Part shown: positions 38,083 through 47,857 of the stretch, in pieces | Layout: each line of letters starts with the position of its first letter | Numbering within the stretch: the first letter of the stretch is position 1 | Source: a virus | DNA length: 64,000 bases | Virus record (IMG/VR): IMGVR_UViG_3300017960_000001 | Location: 30,120 to 94,119 of that record | Reading direction: 5' to 3' (one strand) | Program-made: the position numbers and the translations under genes | Notes under the pieces: generated by a model | What the model was told of the DNA's origin: nothing | Databases searched by the model: none | What the model saw: only the letters and a program-made list of their open reading frames with translations

Positions 38083-38901
38083 ATGGTCGACCATCATTCA
38101 AGCTCACAGATCGATATGTTCTGGCGGTGTCCTCGGCAGTGGTGCTACCGGTACGAGCAAGGGTTGAAGCTCCCGCCGGGGATCGCGTTGATCCTCGGTG
38201 GTAGCGTGCACGGCGCCGCCGAACTGAACTTCAGGGCCAAGCTGATCTCGCGGGTCGACGAGCCGGTGGACGTGCTGGTCGACGCCGCGGTCACCCGCTA
38301 CAACGAACGGCTCCGCGAGGACGGGATCCTTCTCTCCCGGGACGACCTCCCGGCCAAGGACAGGATCCTCTCTGAGCACAAGGACAAGGCCGTCCAGCTG
38401 ACCAAAGTGTTCGCGGCCGATGTCGCACCCGGGACCCAACCCGCCCTCGTTGAAGAGCGGCTGGAAATGTCTCTGCCCGGCGTCGACAAAACGGTGATCG
38501 GGTACGTCGACGTTTACACCGAGGACCGCCGGCTGACCGACCTGAAAACCTCCAAACGGAAGTGGCCGAAGCTACGACCGCACACCGAGACTCAGCCGAC
38601 GGTCTACGCCGAAATGATCCGCCAGCTTGAAGGATCCTACCCGGACCGGGTGACGTTCGACGTGCTGGTCCACACGAAAACGAAGGGGTGCTACCACCAA
38701 CCCCTCGACACAACCCGAGGGCCGGACGACATCGCCGCTCTCGCCCGCCGGGTGCAGATAATGGAAGCGATGCAGAAGGCGGGCAACTACCCGGGCGCGA
38801 AGCCTGAGCGGGATTGGTGGTGCTCGCATACGTGGTGCGGATATTGGGGCATCTGCGATCTGATACCGGATCGATTGCGACGCCTCCCCAACGTGGCATA
38901 G
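38083..38901 (+). CDS. PD-(D/E)XK Cas4/RecB-like exonuclease
   Basis: CPRQW, GYVD...TDLKT, QPTVY, C-terminal CSHTWCGYWGIC (Fe-S Cys pattern). Confidence 0.85.
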   Translation: MVDHHSSSQIDMFWRCPRQWCYRYEQGLKLPPGIALILGGSVHGAAELNFRAKLISRVDEPVDVLVDAAVTRYNERLREDGILLSRDDLPAKDRILSEHKDKAVQLTKVFAADVAPGTQPALVEERLEMSLPGVDKTVIGYVDVYTEDRRLTDLKTSKRKWPKLRPHTETQPTVYAEMIRQLEGSYPDRVTFDVLVHTKTKGCYHQPLDTTRGPDDIAALARRVQIMEAMQKAGNYPGAKPERDWWCSHTWCGYWGICDLIPDRLRRLPNVA

Positions 38902-38910
38902 GAGGGGACG

Positions 38911-40038
38911 ATGAACGAGCAGAAATCTGAGACTTTCGACGACGTGCCGGCGACGACACACGACGAACTGCCGGCGCAGCTGGCGCGCACCGACGACCCG
39001 GCCTCGCCCGGGGTGGCGATGGCATCGATCGCCGCCACCGGAGAACAGGCTCGCGCGGTGGCCGAGGTGCAGGTCATGATGATCGCCGCGCTCGGAAACC
39101 CGCGCGACGAGAAGGACGTGTGGACCCGGATGCGCCGCACGTGCAAGCGGGCGACCTTCGCCGACCGGGCGGTGTACGCTTTCAGCCGGGGCGGCCAGTC
39201 CATCACCGGCCTCGGGATCAAGGCGATCCGCGAGTTGACCGCGTGCTATCGCAACGTCGATTACGGCTACCGCGAGTTGGAGCGCGAGGGCGACGTGTCC
39301 AGGGTCGAAGCCTACGCCTGGGACATGGAGGCCAACGTCCGCGTCAAGCGCGAGTTCTGGGTGCGGCACGCCCGGGACAAGTCCGGCGGGGTGGAGTTGG
39401 TCACCGCCGAGCGCGACCGCTACGAGGTGATCGCCTCGATGGCTCAGCGTCGCGTCCGGTCCTGCTTGGAGCAGGTCCTACCGGCCGACTACCTCGACGA
39501 AGCGATGCGCCTCGTCCACAACACCCTGCGCGCCGGCGACGGCCGCCCGATGGAGGACCGGGTCCGCGATATGGTGATCCGGTTCGGCGAGCTTGGCGTC
39601 ACCGAGGCCCAGCTCGAGGGGTTCCTGCTCCACCCGTTGCGGTCCACCCGCCCGGAGGAGATGCCGCGCCTCCAACAGATCCACAACTCGATCCGCGACG
39701 GCATGGCCCGGATCACCGACTTTTTCAAGGCGGGGGCCGCGCCACCGGACTCTGATCCGCCGGCCGACCCCGGCCCCCCCGGCGACACCCCGCCCGACGA
39801 CGAGCCGGAGGTCGACCCCGAAACCGGCGAGGTGGTCCCGCCACCGGAGCCGCCCGCCGAGCCCGAGCCCGAGCCCGAGCCGGCCGCGGACCCGGCGCCC
39901 GATCCCGGGGCTGAGGCGAGCGACACGCCCCCCCCTGCCCCGCCGGACGACGAGCCCGACCCGTTCGCCGCGGGAGAAGGAGGGGCGCAGGGAACGCTGC
40001 TGGACCCCGGTGAGGAGGATCCGTTCGCACGCAAGTAG
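38911..40038 (+). CDS. Putative single-strand annealing/recombination protein with acidic Pro-rich tail
   Basis: Adjacent to the exonuclease; DPETGEV and EEDPF acidic tail. Confidence 0.55.
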   Translation: MNEQKSETFDDVPATTHDELPAQLARTDDPASPGVAMASIAATGEQARAVAEVQVMMIAALGNPRDEKDVWTRMRRTCKRATFADRAVYAFSRGGQSITGLGIKAIRELTACYRNVDYGYRELEREGDVSRVEAYAWDMEANVRVKREFWVRHARDKSGGVELVTAERDRYEVIASMAQRRVRSCLEQVLPADYLDEAMRLVHNTLRAGDGRPMEDRVRDMVIRFGELGVTEAQLEGFLLHPLRSTRPEEMPRLQQIHNSIRDGMARITDFFKAGAAPPDSDPPADPGPPGDTPPDDEPEVDPETGEVVPPPEPPAEPEPEPEPAADPAPDPGAEASDTPPPAPPDDEPDPFAAGEGGAQGTLLDPGEEDPFARK

Positions 40039-40061
40039 GCACATAACCGAAGGGGGTTACA

Positions 40062-40931
40062 ATGCCACGGAAAAAGAAACCGAAAACGAAGCCTGACCAC
40101 TACGTCCGATCGCAGCACGGCGCGCAACTCTGCAAGCTCGTCCGAGAGATCGACGGGACCGACGCCGGCCGGTGGCCGATCGACGTCGCCGAGAAGGTGG
40201 CCGCCACCGCCAACCGAGCCTTCAACGAGAAGGCGTCGCCGAAGTGCTGGCGCCAGCGGTACACCGCCGCGACCCGCACGCTCGACGCGAAGGGCCAGCA
40301 ATTGCGGGCCCGGATCCGGGCGGCGATGAAGGCGAAGGGGGTGTCGACGATCACCGACCTCGCCGAGCGGTGCCCGAACCTGAGCCGTCCGCAGCTGGAC
40401 TACCGCGTCCGGGGCCAGATCCCGTGGACCGACGACCAGCTGGCCGAGGTCGGCAAGGCTCTCGGGATCGACCTTGCCGGGCACATGGACGGGGACAAGC
40501 AGTCCGAACTGCCCCTCGCCGAGAACGGCGACGGCGACCCGTCCCTGGCTCAGCCGAAGGGGTTGGTCTACGACGGCCCGGGGTCCGGTATCGTCCCGCC
40601 GTTCAACGAACCGTGTCAGCTGGCACCGTCGGGGACCGTCGCCGCGGCGCGCGACTCTCTCGCCGCGTGGGCGAGGATGCACCTGCCCGCCGGGGTCAGC
40701 ATCTTCACCGCGCTCAAAGAGATGGGGATCCTCCCCGACGGCAAGGACGACGACGCCAACGCCCGGATCGAGTGCGCGAAGGAAATCCTGCGCGACCAGT
40801 GGAAGCGGTTCGTTCGGTCGGGCAAATGGTCCGACCCGCACCGGATCCACACGGCCCTGAGCGTGCTCGAGGGGGCCACGCCGCCGTGGCCGATCAAGGC
40901 TGAGAAGAACGGGGCCGAGGGGAACGGTTGA
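40062..40931 (+). CDS. HTH-containing DNA-binding protein
   Basis: TITDLAERCPNLSRPQLDYRVRG...LAEVGKALGI. Confidence 0.6.
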   Translation: MPRKKKPKTKPDHYVRSQHGAQLCKLVREIDGTDAGRWPIDVAEKVAATANRAFNEKASPKCWRQRYTAATRTLDAKGQQLRARIRAAMKAKGVSTITDLAERCPNLSRPQLDYRVRGQIPWTDDQLAEVGKALGIDLAGHMDGDKQSELPLAENGDGDPSLAQPKGLVYDGPGSGIVPPFNEPCQLAPSGTVAAARDSLAAWARMHLPAGVSIFTALKEMGILPDGKDDDANARIECAKEILRDQWKRFVRSGKWSDPHRIHTALSVLEGATPPWPIKAEKNGAEGNG

Positions 40932-41014
40932 CCGAGGGGGCTTGCCTCGTAAGATCGGGGCCGGCAACCTGTCGTGACGTCACGGCTGATAACGCTTGTC
41001 ACGGTGACGTCACG
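40928..41014 (+). promoter_or_regulatory. Promoter plus GTGACGTCAC palindromic operator upstream of the initiator
   Basis: TTGACC-16 bp-TAAGAT; CGTGACGTCACG 40973-84 and GTGACGTCAC 41004-13. Confidence 0.6.
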
Positions 41015-41034
41015 CTAGCACATGAGGCGAACCA

Positions 41035-41925
41035 ATGGCGCAAGCTGTCCTGATTAGCACGGGGTTCGACACGGATCCCGACGTGGTCCCGTTGGATGTG
41101 TTCGGCCGGGCGTTGGTGCTGTTCCTCGTCCGGCAGATCAAGCTCCGCAACGGGCGCGGCAAGCTGCCGCGAAAATACTGGAACGTCGAGTATTTAGCAC
41201 CGATGCTCGGCGCCGTCGGGTTCGAGAAAAAGGTCCTCGCGCAGATGCGTTTCCTGGCGTCCGAGCATAGCGCGATCCTGACCGTCGAGGCCGATCACGT
41301 GGTCGTCCACAATTACGGCAAGTTCAACGTCGACCCGACCGCAGCTGCACGGCAACAACGACACCGCCAGCGCAAGCGCGAGGCGTCCGTGACGTCACAC
41401 CCTGTCACGCCGGATAACGGTGGTCACAGTGACAGCCCGCTGTCACGCCGATCGGATCGGAAAGGATCGGAACCTCCCAAGGGAGGAGCGCGCCCGCCCG
41501 CGTTGGATGACTATACCGATTTCAAAGACGGACACCACCGGGCCGCGTTCGAGGCGATCCTGCTCGAACGGCCGAACGCCAACCCGCAGATCACGTGGGA
41601 AACCACCGCGATCCTCGCCGGGCGGTACGGTGCCGCTGCGCTCGAGCAAATCAAGCTCGCGTTCGAGTGGGACCGGACCCGGGCGCCCGGCTATCGGTGG
41701 CAGGATCACGCGGTCTGCTCGCACATCAAAAGCTGGGTAGAAAAGGAATGTAGCAAGGCCCCGCCCTCTGGCTCTGATCCGCCCGCCGACGAGTGGATCC
41801 CGTTCGGGTTGTTCGTGCCGAAGGGGATGACGGTCGAGGACGCGATCGCCAAGGCCGAGGCGGACGGGGAAGAACCCGAGAAGATCGCCCGGTGGCGGGG
41901 GGAAGTCGAGCGGCGCAATGGATGA
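41035..41925 (+). CDS. Replication initiator / replisome organiser
   Basis: VHNYGKFN...ARQQRHRQRK linker with internal DNA repeats; directly upstream of DnaB. Confidence 0.7.
   Translation: MAQAVLISTGFDTDPDVVPLDVFGRALVLFLVRQIKLRNGRGKLPRKYWNVEYLAPMLGAVGFEKKVLAQMRFLASEHSAILTVEADHVVVHNYGKFNVDPTAAARQQRHRQRKREASVTSHPVTPDNGGHSDSPLSRRSDRKGSEPPKGGARPPALDDYTDFKDGHHRAAFEAILLERPNANPQITWETTAILAGRYGAAALEQIKLAFEWDRTRAPGYRWQDHAVCSHIKSWVEKECSKAPPSGSDPPADEWIPFGLFVPKGMTVEDAIAKAEADGEEPEKIARWRGEVERRNG
41389..41470. repeat. Putative origin iterons (GTCAC/GTGAC array)
   Basis: GTGACGTCAC, two TGTCACG, GTCACAGTGAC, then GATCGG repeats inside the initiator gene. Confidence 0.6.
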
Positions 41926-43309
41926 TATGGAACGCCGCGAGGGACAACGCCGGACACGGCGCCAGCCAGCGATGACGAGTCCCGAGGGGCGGGTCCCGCC
42001 TTACGATCGGGTGGCCGAGGAGGCGGTGCTCGGGTGCTGCCTCCTCGACGACCGGACGATCGCCCGGGCCCGAACGATCATTCCAGATCCGAGGATGTTC
42101 TACGTCCAGACCAACGGGATGATTTTCTACTGCGCCTGCAAGTTGAAGGACCGGGGCGAGCCGGTGGACGTGGTGACGATCGCCGCCGAGATGAAGCGTC
42201 GGGACTACTTCGAGCGCGCCGGCGGCGCAGCTGCTCTCTCCAACCTGACCGACGACGTGCCGTTGGTGAGTCGGATCGACAACTACGCTCAGGCGGTGCG
42301 GGATTCCTACGCCGTCCGGCAGATGATCTACACCGCTCAGCAAATCGTCGCCGACGGGTTCTCGAATCACGACCGAGCCGAGGACTTCCTGACCCGGGCG
42401 CGCTCGTCGGTGGTGACGGCCGCCGCCGAGAACCAAGTTGTCGAGGGGGTGCAGTTCGCCGACGACGGGATCCGCGATGCCTACGACGCGGCGACGTCGA
42501 CCGAGGAACCCCGCGACATGATCCCGGCAGGGCTCGGTGGAATCCGACTCCCGCGGGGGATCGTGTCGGTGCTCGGCGCCCGACCGTCGAACGGGAAATC
42601 TGTCACCGCGCTGAACATCGCCAGCAACGCAGCGTCGCTCGGCTATCGCCCGTTGATCATGGGATTGGAGGACACCAAGCAGCGCACGTGGACGCGGCTG
42701 CTCGCCCGTCACGCGAACATCGATGCCAATCTATTGCAGGATCGCAAGGTGCCGGACGACGCACACCCTCGGCTCATCGAGGCGGGCAACGTCGCCGGGT
42801 CCCTGCCGATCGCAATCTGCGATCGCAAAGGGGTGTCGGCGAATTGGATCCGGCAGTTCGCCGCGGGGCACAAGGAACAGCACGGGCTCGACCTCTTGAT
42901 CGTGGACTACTTGCAGCTGCTATCCGGCAAGGGTCGGGACCTCTACGAGATCGCCACGCTCGAAATGCGCGAGCTTGTCGCCGCGGCCGACGAACTGGGG
43001 TGCGCGTTGCTCGCGGTGTCGCAACTCAAACGGCCGGGCGAACAACGCGAGGGGAAACCGCCGCGACTCTCTGATCTGCGGCAGACCGGCGAAATCGAGC
43101 AGGTTGCGAAGCTCGTAATCCTGCTCCATTGGTGGTCGTTCTACGACGAACAACGCGACCCGCACGAACTACGGTGCGAGGTCGCCAAGAATTCCGAGGG
43201 GCCCACGGGGGTCAAGACGCTTTACGCGGACATGCCGACGATGTACGTTGGAGACGGTGACCGACACGGGGCACCGCCCGACAGCGAAAGGGGAACCGAT
43301 GAATACTAA
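41918..43309 (+). CDS. dnaB: Replicative DNA helicase
   Basis: AEEAVLG, GARPSNGKS, IVDYLQL, VSQLKR, LSDLRQTGEIEQ. Confidence 0.95.
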   Translation: MDDMERREGQRRTRRQPAMTSPEGRVPPYDRVAEEAVLGCCLLDDRTIARARTIIPDPRMFYVQTNGMIFYCACKLKDRGEPVDVVTIAAEMKRRDYFERAGGAAALSNLTDDVPLVSRIDNYAQAVRDSYAVRQMIYTAQQIVADGFSNHDRAEDFLTRARSSVVTAAAENQVVEGVQFADDGIRDAYDAATSTEEPRDMIPAGLGGIRLPRGIVSVLGARPSNGKSVTALNIASNAASLGYRPLIMGLEDTKQRTWTRLLARHANIDANLLQDRKVPDDAHPRLIEAGNVAGSLPIAICDRKGVSANWIRQFAAGHKEQHGLDLLIVDYLQLLSGKGRDLYEIATLEMRELVAAADELGCALLAVSQLKRPGEQREGKPPRLSDLRQTGEIEQVAKLVILLHWWSFYDEQRDPHELRCEVAKNSEGPTGVKTLYADMPTMYVGDGDRHGAPPDSERGTDEY

Positions 43310-44177
43310 GCAAATCGACCTGACCGGGGCCGGATACAAGGACACCGAGGCGATCGCCGTCGGCGGGGTCTGTTACTCGATCGGCGTCGGGGTCCGGCGG
43401 TGGGATCACCCGCGCGGGCTCAACGCCTACCTCACCAACACGGCCCGCGTCGAGAAGGTCGACCGGCACACCGGCAAGGTGAAGGTGCGGATCATCAAAG
43501 GCCGGCGGTACGCAAAGCGGCAAGCCGGGCTCGCCGGGATCCGCCAGCTGGTGATCCACCATTCCGGCGGCGACCGCGAGGATCCGTCCATCATGTATCA
43601 GGTGCTCCACAACCAGCGGAAGCTCTCGGTGCAGTTCGCGCTCGAGGACGGCGGCGGGTTGGCCCACGGGGCGCCGATGCTCTGGCAATTCCTCGACGCG
43701 ATCGAGTGTGCGTGGCACGCGGGGGGCGCCTTCAATCAGGCGTCGGTCGGAGTCGAGTGCGCGCTATACCCGGAGTTCGAGCGGTGCCCGGACTACTACT
43801 CGCCGCGCGGCTGCCTCAAACGCAAGAACCTGCCCCACCCCGTCGTGGAGGAGGTGGTGCACGGTGTCCGGCGCGAGGTGTTCGGCATGCCGGACCCGCA
43901 GCTCATGGCCCTCGCCAAGTTGTGGGCCGGGGTGTGGACCGCGCTCCGCTTGCGCCAGCCGGACACGGACCTCCCGCCGCTCCCGAAGTTCCCGCGGGTG
44001 GACGGTGCGATCCCGAGGACGAAGGTCGAGGACGCGATCCAGCACACCGGGATGATCGGCCACTTGCAGATCACCCGGAGGAAGGTGGACCCGGCCGGGT
44101 TCCCGTGGGAAACGTTCGAGGATCAGGTCGAGCAGGAATGTCGGCAGATGGCGGCCGTCGCCGGGCTCGACATCTAG
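43299..44177 (+). CDS. N-acetylmuramoyl-L-alanine amidase (Amidase_2-like endolysin)
   Basis: LVIHHSG, SVQF, AWHAG..N..SVGVE, IGH..I...KVDPAG. Confidence 0.85.
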   Translation: MNTKQIDLTGAGYKDTEAIAVGGVCYSIGVGVRRWDHPRGLNAYLTNTARVEKVDRHTGKVKVRIIKGRRYAKRQAGLAGIRQLVIHHSGGDREDPSIMYQVLHNQRKLSVQFALEDGGGLAHGAPMLWQFLDAIECAWHAGGAFNQASVGVECALYPEFERCPDYYSPRGCLKRKNLPHPVVEEVVHGVRREVFGMPDPQLMALAKLWAGVWTALRLRQPDTDLPPLPKFPRVDGAIPRTKVEDAIQHTGMIGHLQITRRKVDPAGFPWETFEDQVEQECRQMAAVAGLDI

Positions 44178-44225
44178 CACAGGACGACCTACGAGACGAC
44201 CTCAGGCTCCGCGGCGAGGGGGGCG

Positions 44226-44237
44226 GTGTGGTATAGT
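44226..44237 (+). promoter_or_regulatory. Extended -10 promoter
   Basis: TGTGGTATAGT in an intergenic gap, preceded by two GACGACCT direct repeats. Confidence 0.45.
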
Positions 44238-44286
44238 GGGCGCGGTTGCTCGCCCGGCTGAGAGTCTGAGGGGCAACGGAGATTGA

Positions 44287-45126
44287 ATGCGACACAGGAC
44301 GAAAAGAATCATTCGAGTGCTGGCGGTGATCGCCGCAACGCTACTCGCCCTCGTCTGCTACTTGCTGCTGTCCGCAGCTGTCAACCCGACCGAAGGATCC
44401 GCCGCGCCGATTGTACCGACCCCGACCGCCACCGCGACACCCTGGCTTAAGGCCCAGCCCGAGCCGGAGTGTTCGTGCATCCTCTGCCCGGAGGAACCTT
44501 GCCACCCGCCGGCGCCGGAGGACATACCCGAGTCGGAGGTTCCACGTGAAACCATGGTCGAGGAGTTGGTGATCCTCTGGAATCTGATGTTCGACGACGA
44601 CGACGCCAGCCCGGACGACTACCGGAGGCTCCGGTTCGAAGAGTATGCAGAGATGGTCGCCGACGCAGTGCTCATCTATCAAAACGAAGAGGCCGACAAC
44701 GGCGGCCGCCTCCCGCGGCACCCGAACACGCACATCCTGATCGGGGTGATGATCAAGCTCGAATCCTCGGTGCGGCCGGAGGTGGTCGGTCGTTCACACG
44801 GGGAGGTCGGGTTGATGCAGGTCCACGGCAAGGCCCTCGCCGGGTACGCTCCCGAGTACGTCCAGAAACGCCCGAACCTCGGCGTGCTGCTCGGGGTGCG
44901 GTGGTTCGCCTCGCGGATCCCGATCTGCTACCCGGACGGGTTCGACGATCACGAATGGACCAACGCCGATTGGATGGGGCCGCTATCGGTCTACGCCGCG
45001 GGCGAGCGAGGGATGAAGGAAATCGGCCACTGTTGGAAGATCAAGGTCGCCCGGGCTCGGCACGACATGATGCTGATGTTCCGCAACCGGATCGATCACG
45101 AAATGCGAATGATGAGAGAAGATTGA
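44287..45126 (+). CDS. Membrane-anchored SLT-family lytic transglycosylase
   Basis: N-terminal TM; LESS (catalytic Glu) and GEVGLMQV. Confidence 0.75.
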   Translation: MRHRTKRIIRVLAVIAATLLALVCYLLLSAAVNPTEGSAAPIVPTPTATATPWLKAQPEPECSCILCPEEPCHPPAPEDIPESEVPRETMVEELVILWNLMFDDDDASPDDYRRLRFEEYAEMVADAVLIYQNEEADNGGRLPRHPNTHILIGVMIKLESSVRPEVVGRSHGEVGLMQVHGKALAGYAPEYVQKRPNLGVLLGVRWFASRIPICYPDGFDDHEWTNADWMGPLSVYAAGERGMKEIGHCWKIKVARARHDMMLMFRNRIDHEMRMMRED

Positions 45127-45473
45127 TGCCAGCTGCGAAGGGGGTCGTGGTCCCGATCGCGGTGACCCGGTGTTGGTACGAGGGCAAGCGGTCCGGCGCG
45201 CCGGAGTACACGGTGACGATCGTCCTGCAACGGGACGGCGATCACCGCGTCCGGCTCGACCACGGCGAGGCCGTCGGGATCTGGCGCACCGGGTTGGTCG
45301 CCGGGGACATCCCGAGGGCCGACGAGCTTCGCTACCTTGAGAAGCGTTTCTTCAACGGCGCCGCCGTGGTAAATACGAGGTCGGCACGCATCTATAACAG
45401 CCTCTACCTCGACGCCCTCCGGGCGCTCGAAACCGAGGCCGCCCGGGCCCGCCGGGCAGGAGGATCGACGTGA
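45126..45473 (+). CDS. Hypothetical protein
   Basis: TGATG coupling with the upstream gene. Confidence 0.6.
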   Translation: MPAAKGVVVPIAVTRCWYEGKRSGAPEYTVTIVLQRDGDHRVRLDHGEAVGIWRTGLVAGDIPRADELRYLEKRFFNGAAVVNTRSARIYNSLYLDALRALETEAARARRAGGST

Positions 45474-45820
45474 AGAAGAACACCGTAACTGTGCAGGTCA
45501 TGGAAACCCGGCCGTGGATCGACCGGTCGCAACCGGCACCGGCCGCCGTGCCCGTCGAGAAGCTCACGCTCGATGTGCCGAAGAACCAGCGCATGACGCA
45601 ACGGCTACCGGAGATCGAGGTCGAGATCCGCCGGCGCCTCGGGACGCGGTGCCGCAAGGTGTCGTTCGCCGCACCCGAGCAGGGGTTCGACGTGGTCGCC
45701 TACATCGACCCGGACAAGTCCGGCAAGCCTCTCAAGAAGGCGGGTCGCCCGGTCACGCGCGCCGGTGTCCACGGTGGGCCGATCGGCCGCGACGTCCAGC
45801 CCCGTCGGCGCAAGCGGTGA
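45470..45820 (+). CDS. Basic hypothetical protein
   Basis: AGGAGG SD; GTGA overlap. Confidence 0.6.
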   Translation: MKKNTVTVQVMETRPWIDRSQPAPAAVPVEKLTLDVPKNQRMTQRLPEIEVEIRRRLGTRCRKVSFAAPEQGFDVVAYIDPDKSGKPLKKAGRPVTRAGVHGGPIGRDVQPRRRKR

Positions 45821-46272
45821 CGGACATCCAAGATCGGATCGCCTCGCTCGACGCACCGCACGACTACAGCCTCGAGCTGAAACCCGGCGACGTGATGCGC
45901 GCCGACGCGCCCGACCCAGAGATCGAGGTGGTCGACGCGAACGTGATGCACCCGAAGGCGATCGCGTGGCAGCAACTGACCGTGCGCGCCACCGACCAGC
46001 TGTCCGGCCGGGTCGAGCGGTTCGTCGTGGGGCGGGTGGTCGCGGTGTTCGACGGCGACGACGGCGAGACGGAGATCGAGATCGGCGAGCGGACGGTGAT
46101 CCCGGCCGCGCTGCTCGATCACCCGACCGCGGACCTGACCACGTGCGCCGCGTGCGGTGCTCCGATCATCGACCAACGCGAGGCGGTGGTCTACCGTGAC
46201 GCCGCGTACCACGCCGGCTGCTTCGAGGTGGACGAACCGAAACCGCCCGACGACGACACCGACGAGGAGTAG
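45817..46272 (+). CDS. Hypothetical protein with Zn-finger tail
   Basis: CAACG...YHAGC. Confidence 0.6.
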   Translation: MTDIQDRIASLDAPHDYSLELKPGDVMRADAPDPEIEVVDANVMHPKAIAWQQLTVRATDQLSGRVERFVVGRVVAVFDGDDGETEIEIGERTVIPAALLDHPTADLTTCAACGAPIIDQREAVVYRDAAYHAGCFEVDEPKPPDDDTDEE

Positions 46273-46275
46273 ACC

Positions 46276-46611
46276 ATGGCAGCTGCCGACGACATCAAAA
46301 CCAAGGTGCGCGCCGAGGCCGACGGGCTGACCCCGTCCGAGGGCAAGTTCCCGGGGGCCCGCGCGGCTCTCGGAACACCGGACACAACGGTCGAGTGGGA
46401 GGGCGACGAGTACCCATGCGGGACCGCGTGGGGAGAGTCTCCGTTCGAGGCTCTCGTCCGCGGGATCGGGGCGTGGTCCGACGACGCCGGAGACGTATCT
46501 GCGATCAAGGCGAAGCTCAACGAGTTGATCGGCGAATTCAATCAGCTGCTCGACGACCACAACAACGGCGTGATTCCCTCGACCGCGTCGTCCGTCACGC
46601 CGCTGACATAG
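46276..46611 (+). CDS. Hypothetical (possibly virion) protein
   Basis: GAGGAG SD; AIKAKLNELIGEFNQLL coiled coil. Confidence 0.65.
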   Translation: MAAADDIKTKVRAEADGLTPSEGKFPGARAALGTPDTTVEWEGDEYPCGTAWGESPFEALVRGIGAWSDDAGDVSAIKAKLNELIGEFNQLLDDHNNGVIPSTASSVTPLT

Positions 46612-46662
46612 AAACAGCTTGACACGCTCGCGGGGCGGTGTTACGATTCCCCCATGATGACG
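46612..46662 (+). promoter_or_regulatory. Promoter P7 (family member lacking the T tract)
   Basis: TTGACA 46619-24, 17 bp, TGt-TACGAT 46642-47, ATGATGACG at 46654. Confidence 0.8.
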
Positions 46663-46741
46663 GGAACAACCCAACCCACGAACGCAACGCCGCGCCTTCG
46701 CGGGATCGTCTGAGCAACCCTACCCGGTGCCCTCCGTGTAG

Positions 46742-47422
46742 GTGTCCGTCATCATACCCGCTCGGACGATCCCTCGAGGGCACGGCCCCCGGGGCACGAT
46801 GAACCAACGCCGACCGACACCCCGCGACAAAGCCTTTCTGAAATTCGTACACAGGTTCACGGCGGTCTGTTGTCAGTGCCGGGTGTCGCCGTTCGAGGAG
46901 GCTCACCATTTCGGCACCGGCGGGATCGGGTTGAAGGGGTCCGACTACCTGCAAGCTCGGTTGTGCCGGCGGTGCCACCGGATAGCGTTCAAACAGCACG
47001 CGCTCCAACGCAACGGCGATTACGAGACTCTCGTTATGTACTACGCCGACGCGGTCGACCTCATGGAGCGATACATCATTGAGCTACTCGAAACCCGACG
47101 CGGCCGGATGAAGATCCCGCGGTGCGTCGGGTGCGAGTTCTGCGACGGCGACGGGTGCCGGGCGCAGCTGCCGCACATCGAACCGCCGACCGAATGCGCC
47201 ACCGACGAGCTAGTCAACTGGCTCGCGGAGTCTTTCGAGGGGGACGACCCCGGCACCGCGGCCGCGTGGCTTTTGGATTGGGCGAACCGGCGCGCATCCG
47301 AGCAGAACGAGGTCCTCGTTGAGGCTCTCGAAACGATCGCCGACAACCCCGACGACGCGAACGGGGACAACGGACGGACAGCGATCGGCGCCCTGCGCCG
47401 GATCGGGAAGGTAGGTGATTGA
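46742..47422 (+). CDS. DUF968/Ref-like HNH-type Zn protein (alternative start 46799)
   Basis: FLKFV...CCQC...EAHH...GLKGSD...LCRRCH. Confidence 0.7.
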   Translation: MSVIIPARTIPRGHGPRGTMNQRRPTPRDKAFLKFVHRFTAVCCQCRVSPFEEAHHFGTGGIGLKGSDYLQARLCRRCHRIAFKQHALQRNGDYETLVMYYADAVDLMERYIIELLETRRGRMKIPRCVGCEFCDGDGCRAQLPHIEPPTECATDELVNWLAESFEGDDPGTAAAWLLDWANRRASEQNEVLVEALETIADNPDDANGDNGRTAIGALRRIGKVGD

Positions 47423-47634
47423 TGCCGAGGTTTGATCTGTCACATATCGACGTCGACGAGGTCGCCGACCTCGCCGAGGGCGTGCTGACCGAAACGCTAC
47501 ACGGTTCGGTGCCGATGGAGACCGTCGCCAAGCTGGCCGAGGGCGTGCTGGCGCTGAAGGAGGAGATCGACGATCTGCGCCTTCAGATGTTGGCCGACGG
47601 TGAGCGGGACGACATGGAGGCAGGGCGTGGCTAG
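47419..47634 (+). CDS. Hypothetical protein
   Basis: Overlaps both neighbours. Confidence 0.6.
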   Translation: MMPRFDLSHIDVDEVADLAEGVLTETLHGSVPMETVAKLAEGVLALKEEIDDLRLQMLADGERDDMEAGRG

Positions 47635-47857
47635 ACGCGGACACCGACGCCGACGCGATCGTCCACGCGGCCGCGGCCGTCGTGGTCCGCGGCGGGTGGT
47701 CGTCGGCCAGCGCAGATCGGGGGGCACCGTCTACAACATACTCGAGTGTGGTCACGAGATGCCGGCGGCCTCGCACCACATCGGGATCCCGCTCGAGTCG
47801 ATCAAGCCGCGGCAGTGCAGCCAGTGCCGCAAGGAGGCCAACGATGCCGACGTGTAA
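47627..47857 (+). CDS. Small Zn-finger protein
   Basis: LECGH...CSQC. Confidence 0.55.
   Translation: MARRGHRRRRDRPRGRGRRGPRRVVVGQRRSGGTVYNILECGHEMPAASHHIGIPLESIKPRQCSQCRKEANDADV

Noticed and set aside
38083-38901. Cas4-like nuclease as part of a CRISPR-Cas locus
   Set aside because: No repeat-spacer array or other cas genes seen; the context is phage recombination
39740-39970. GAGCCC tandem repeats
   Set aside because: They simply encode the Glu-Pro linker of the putative annealing protein
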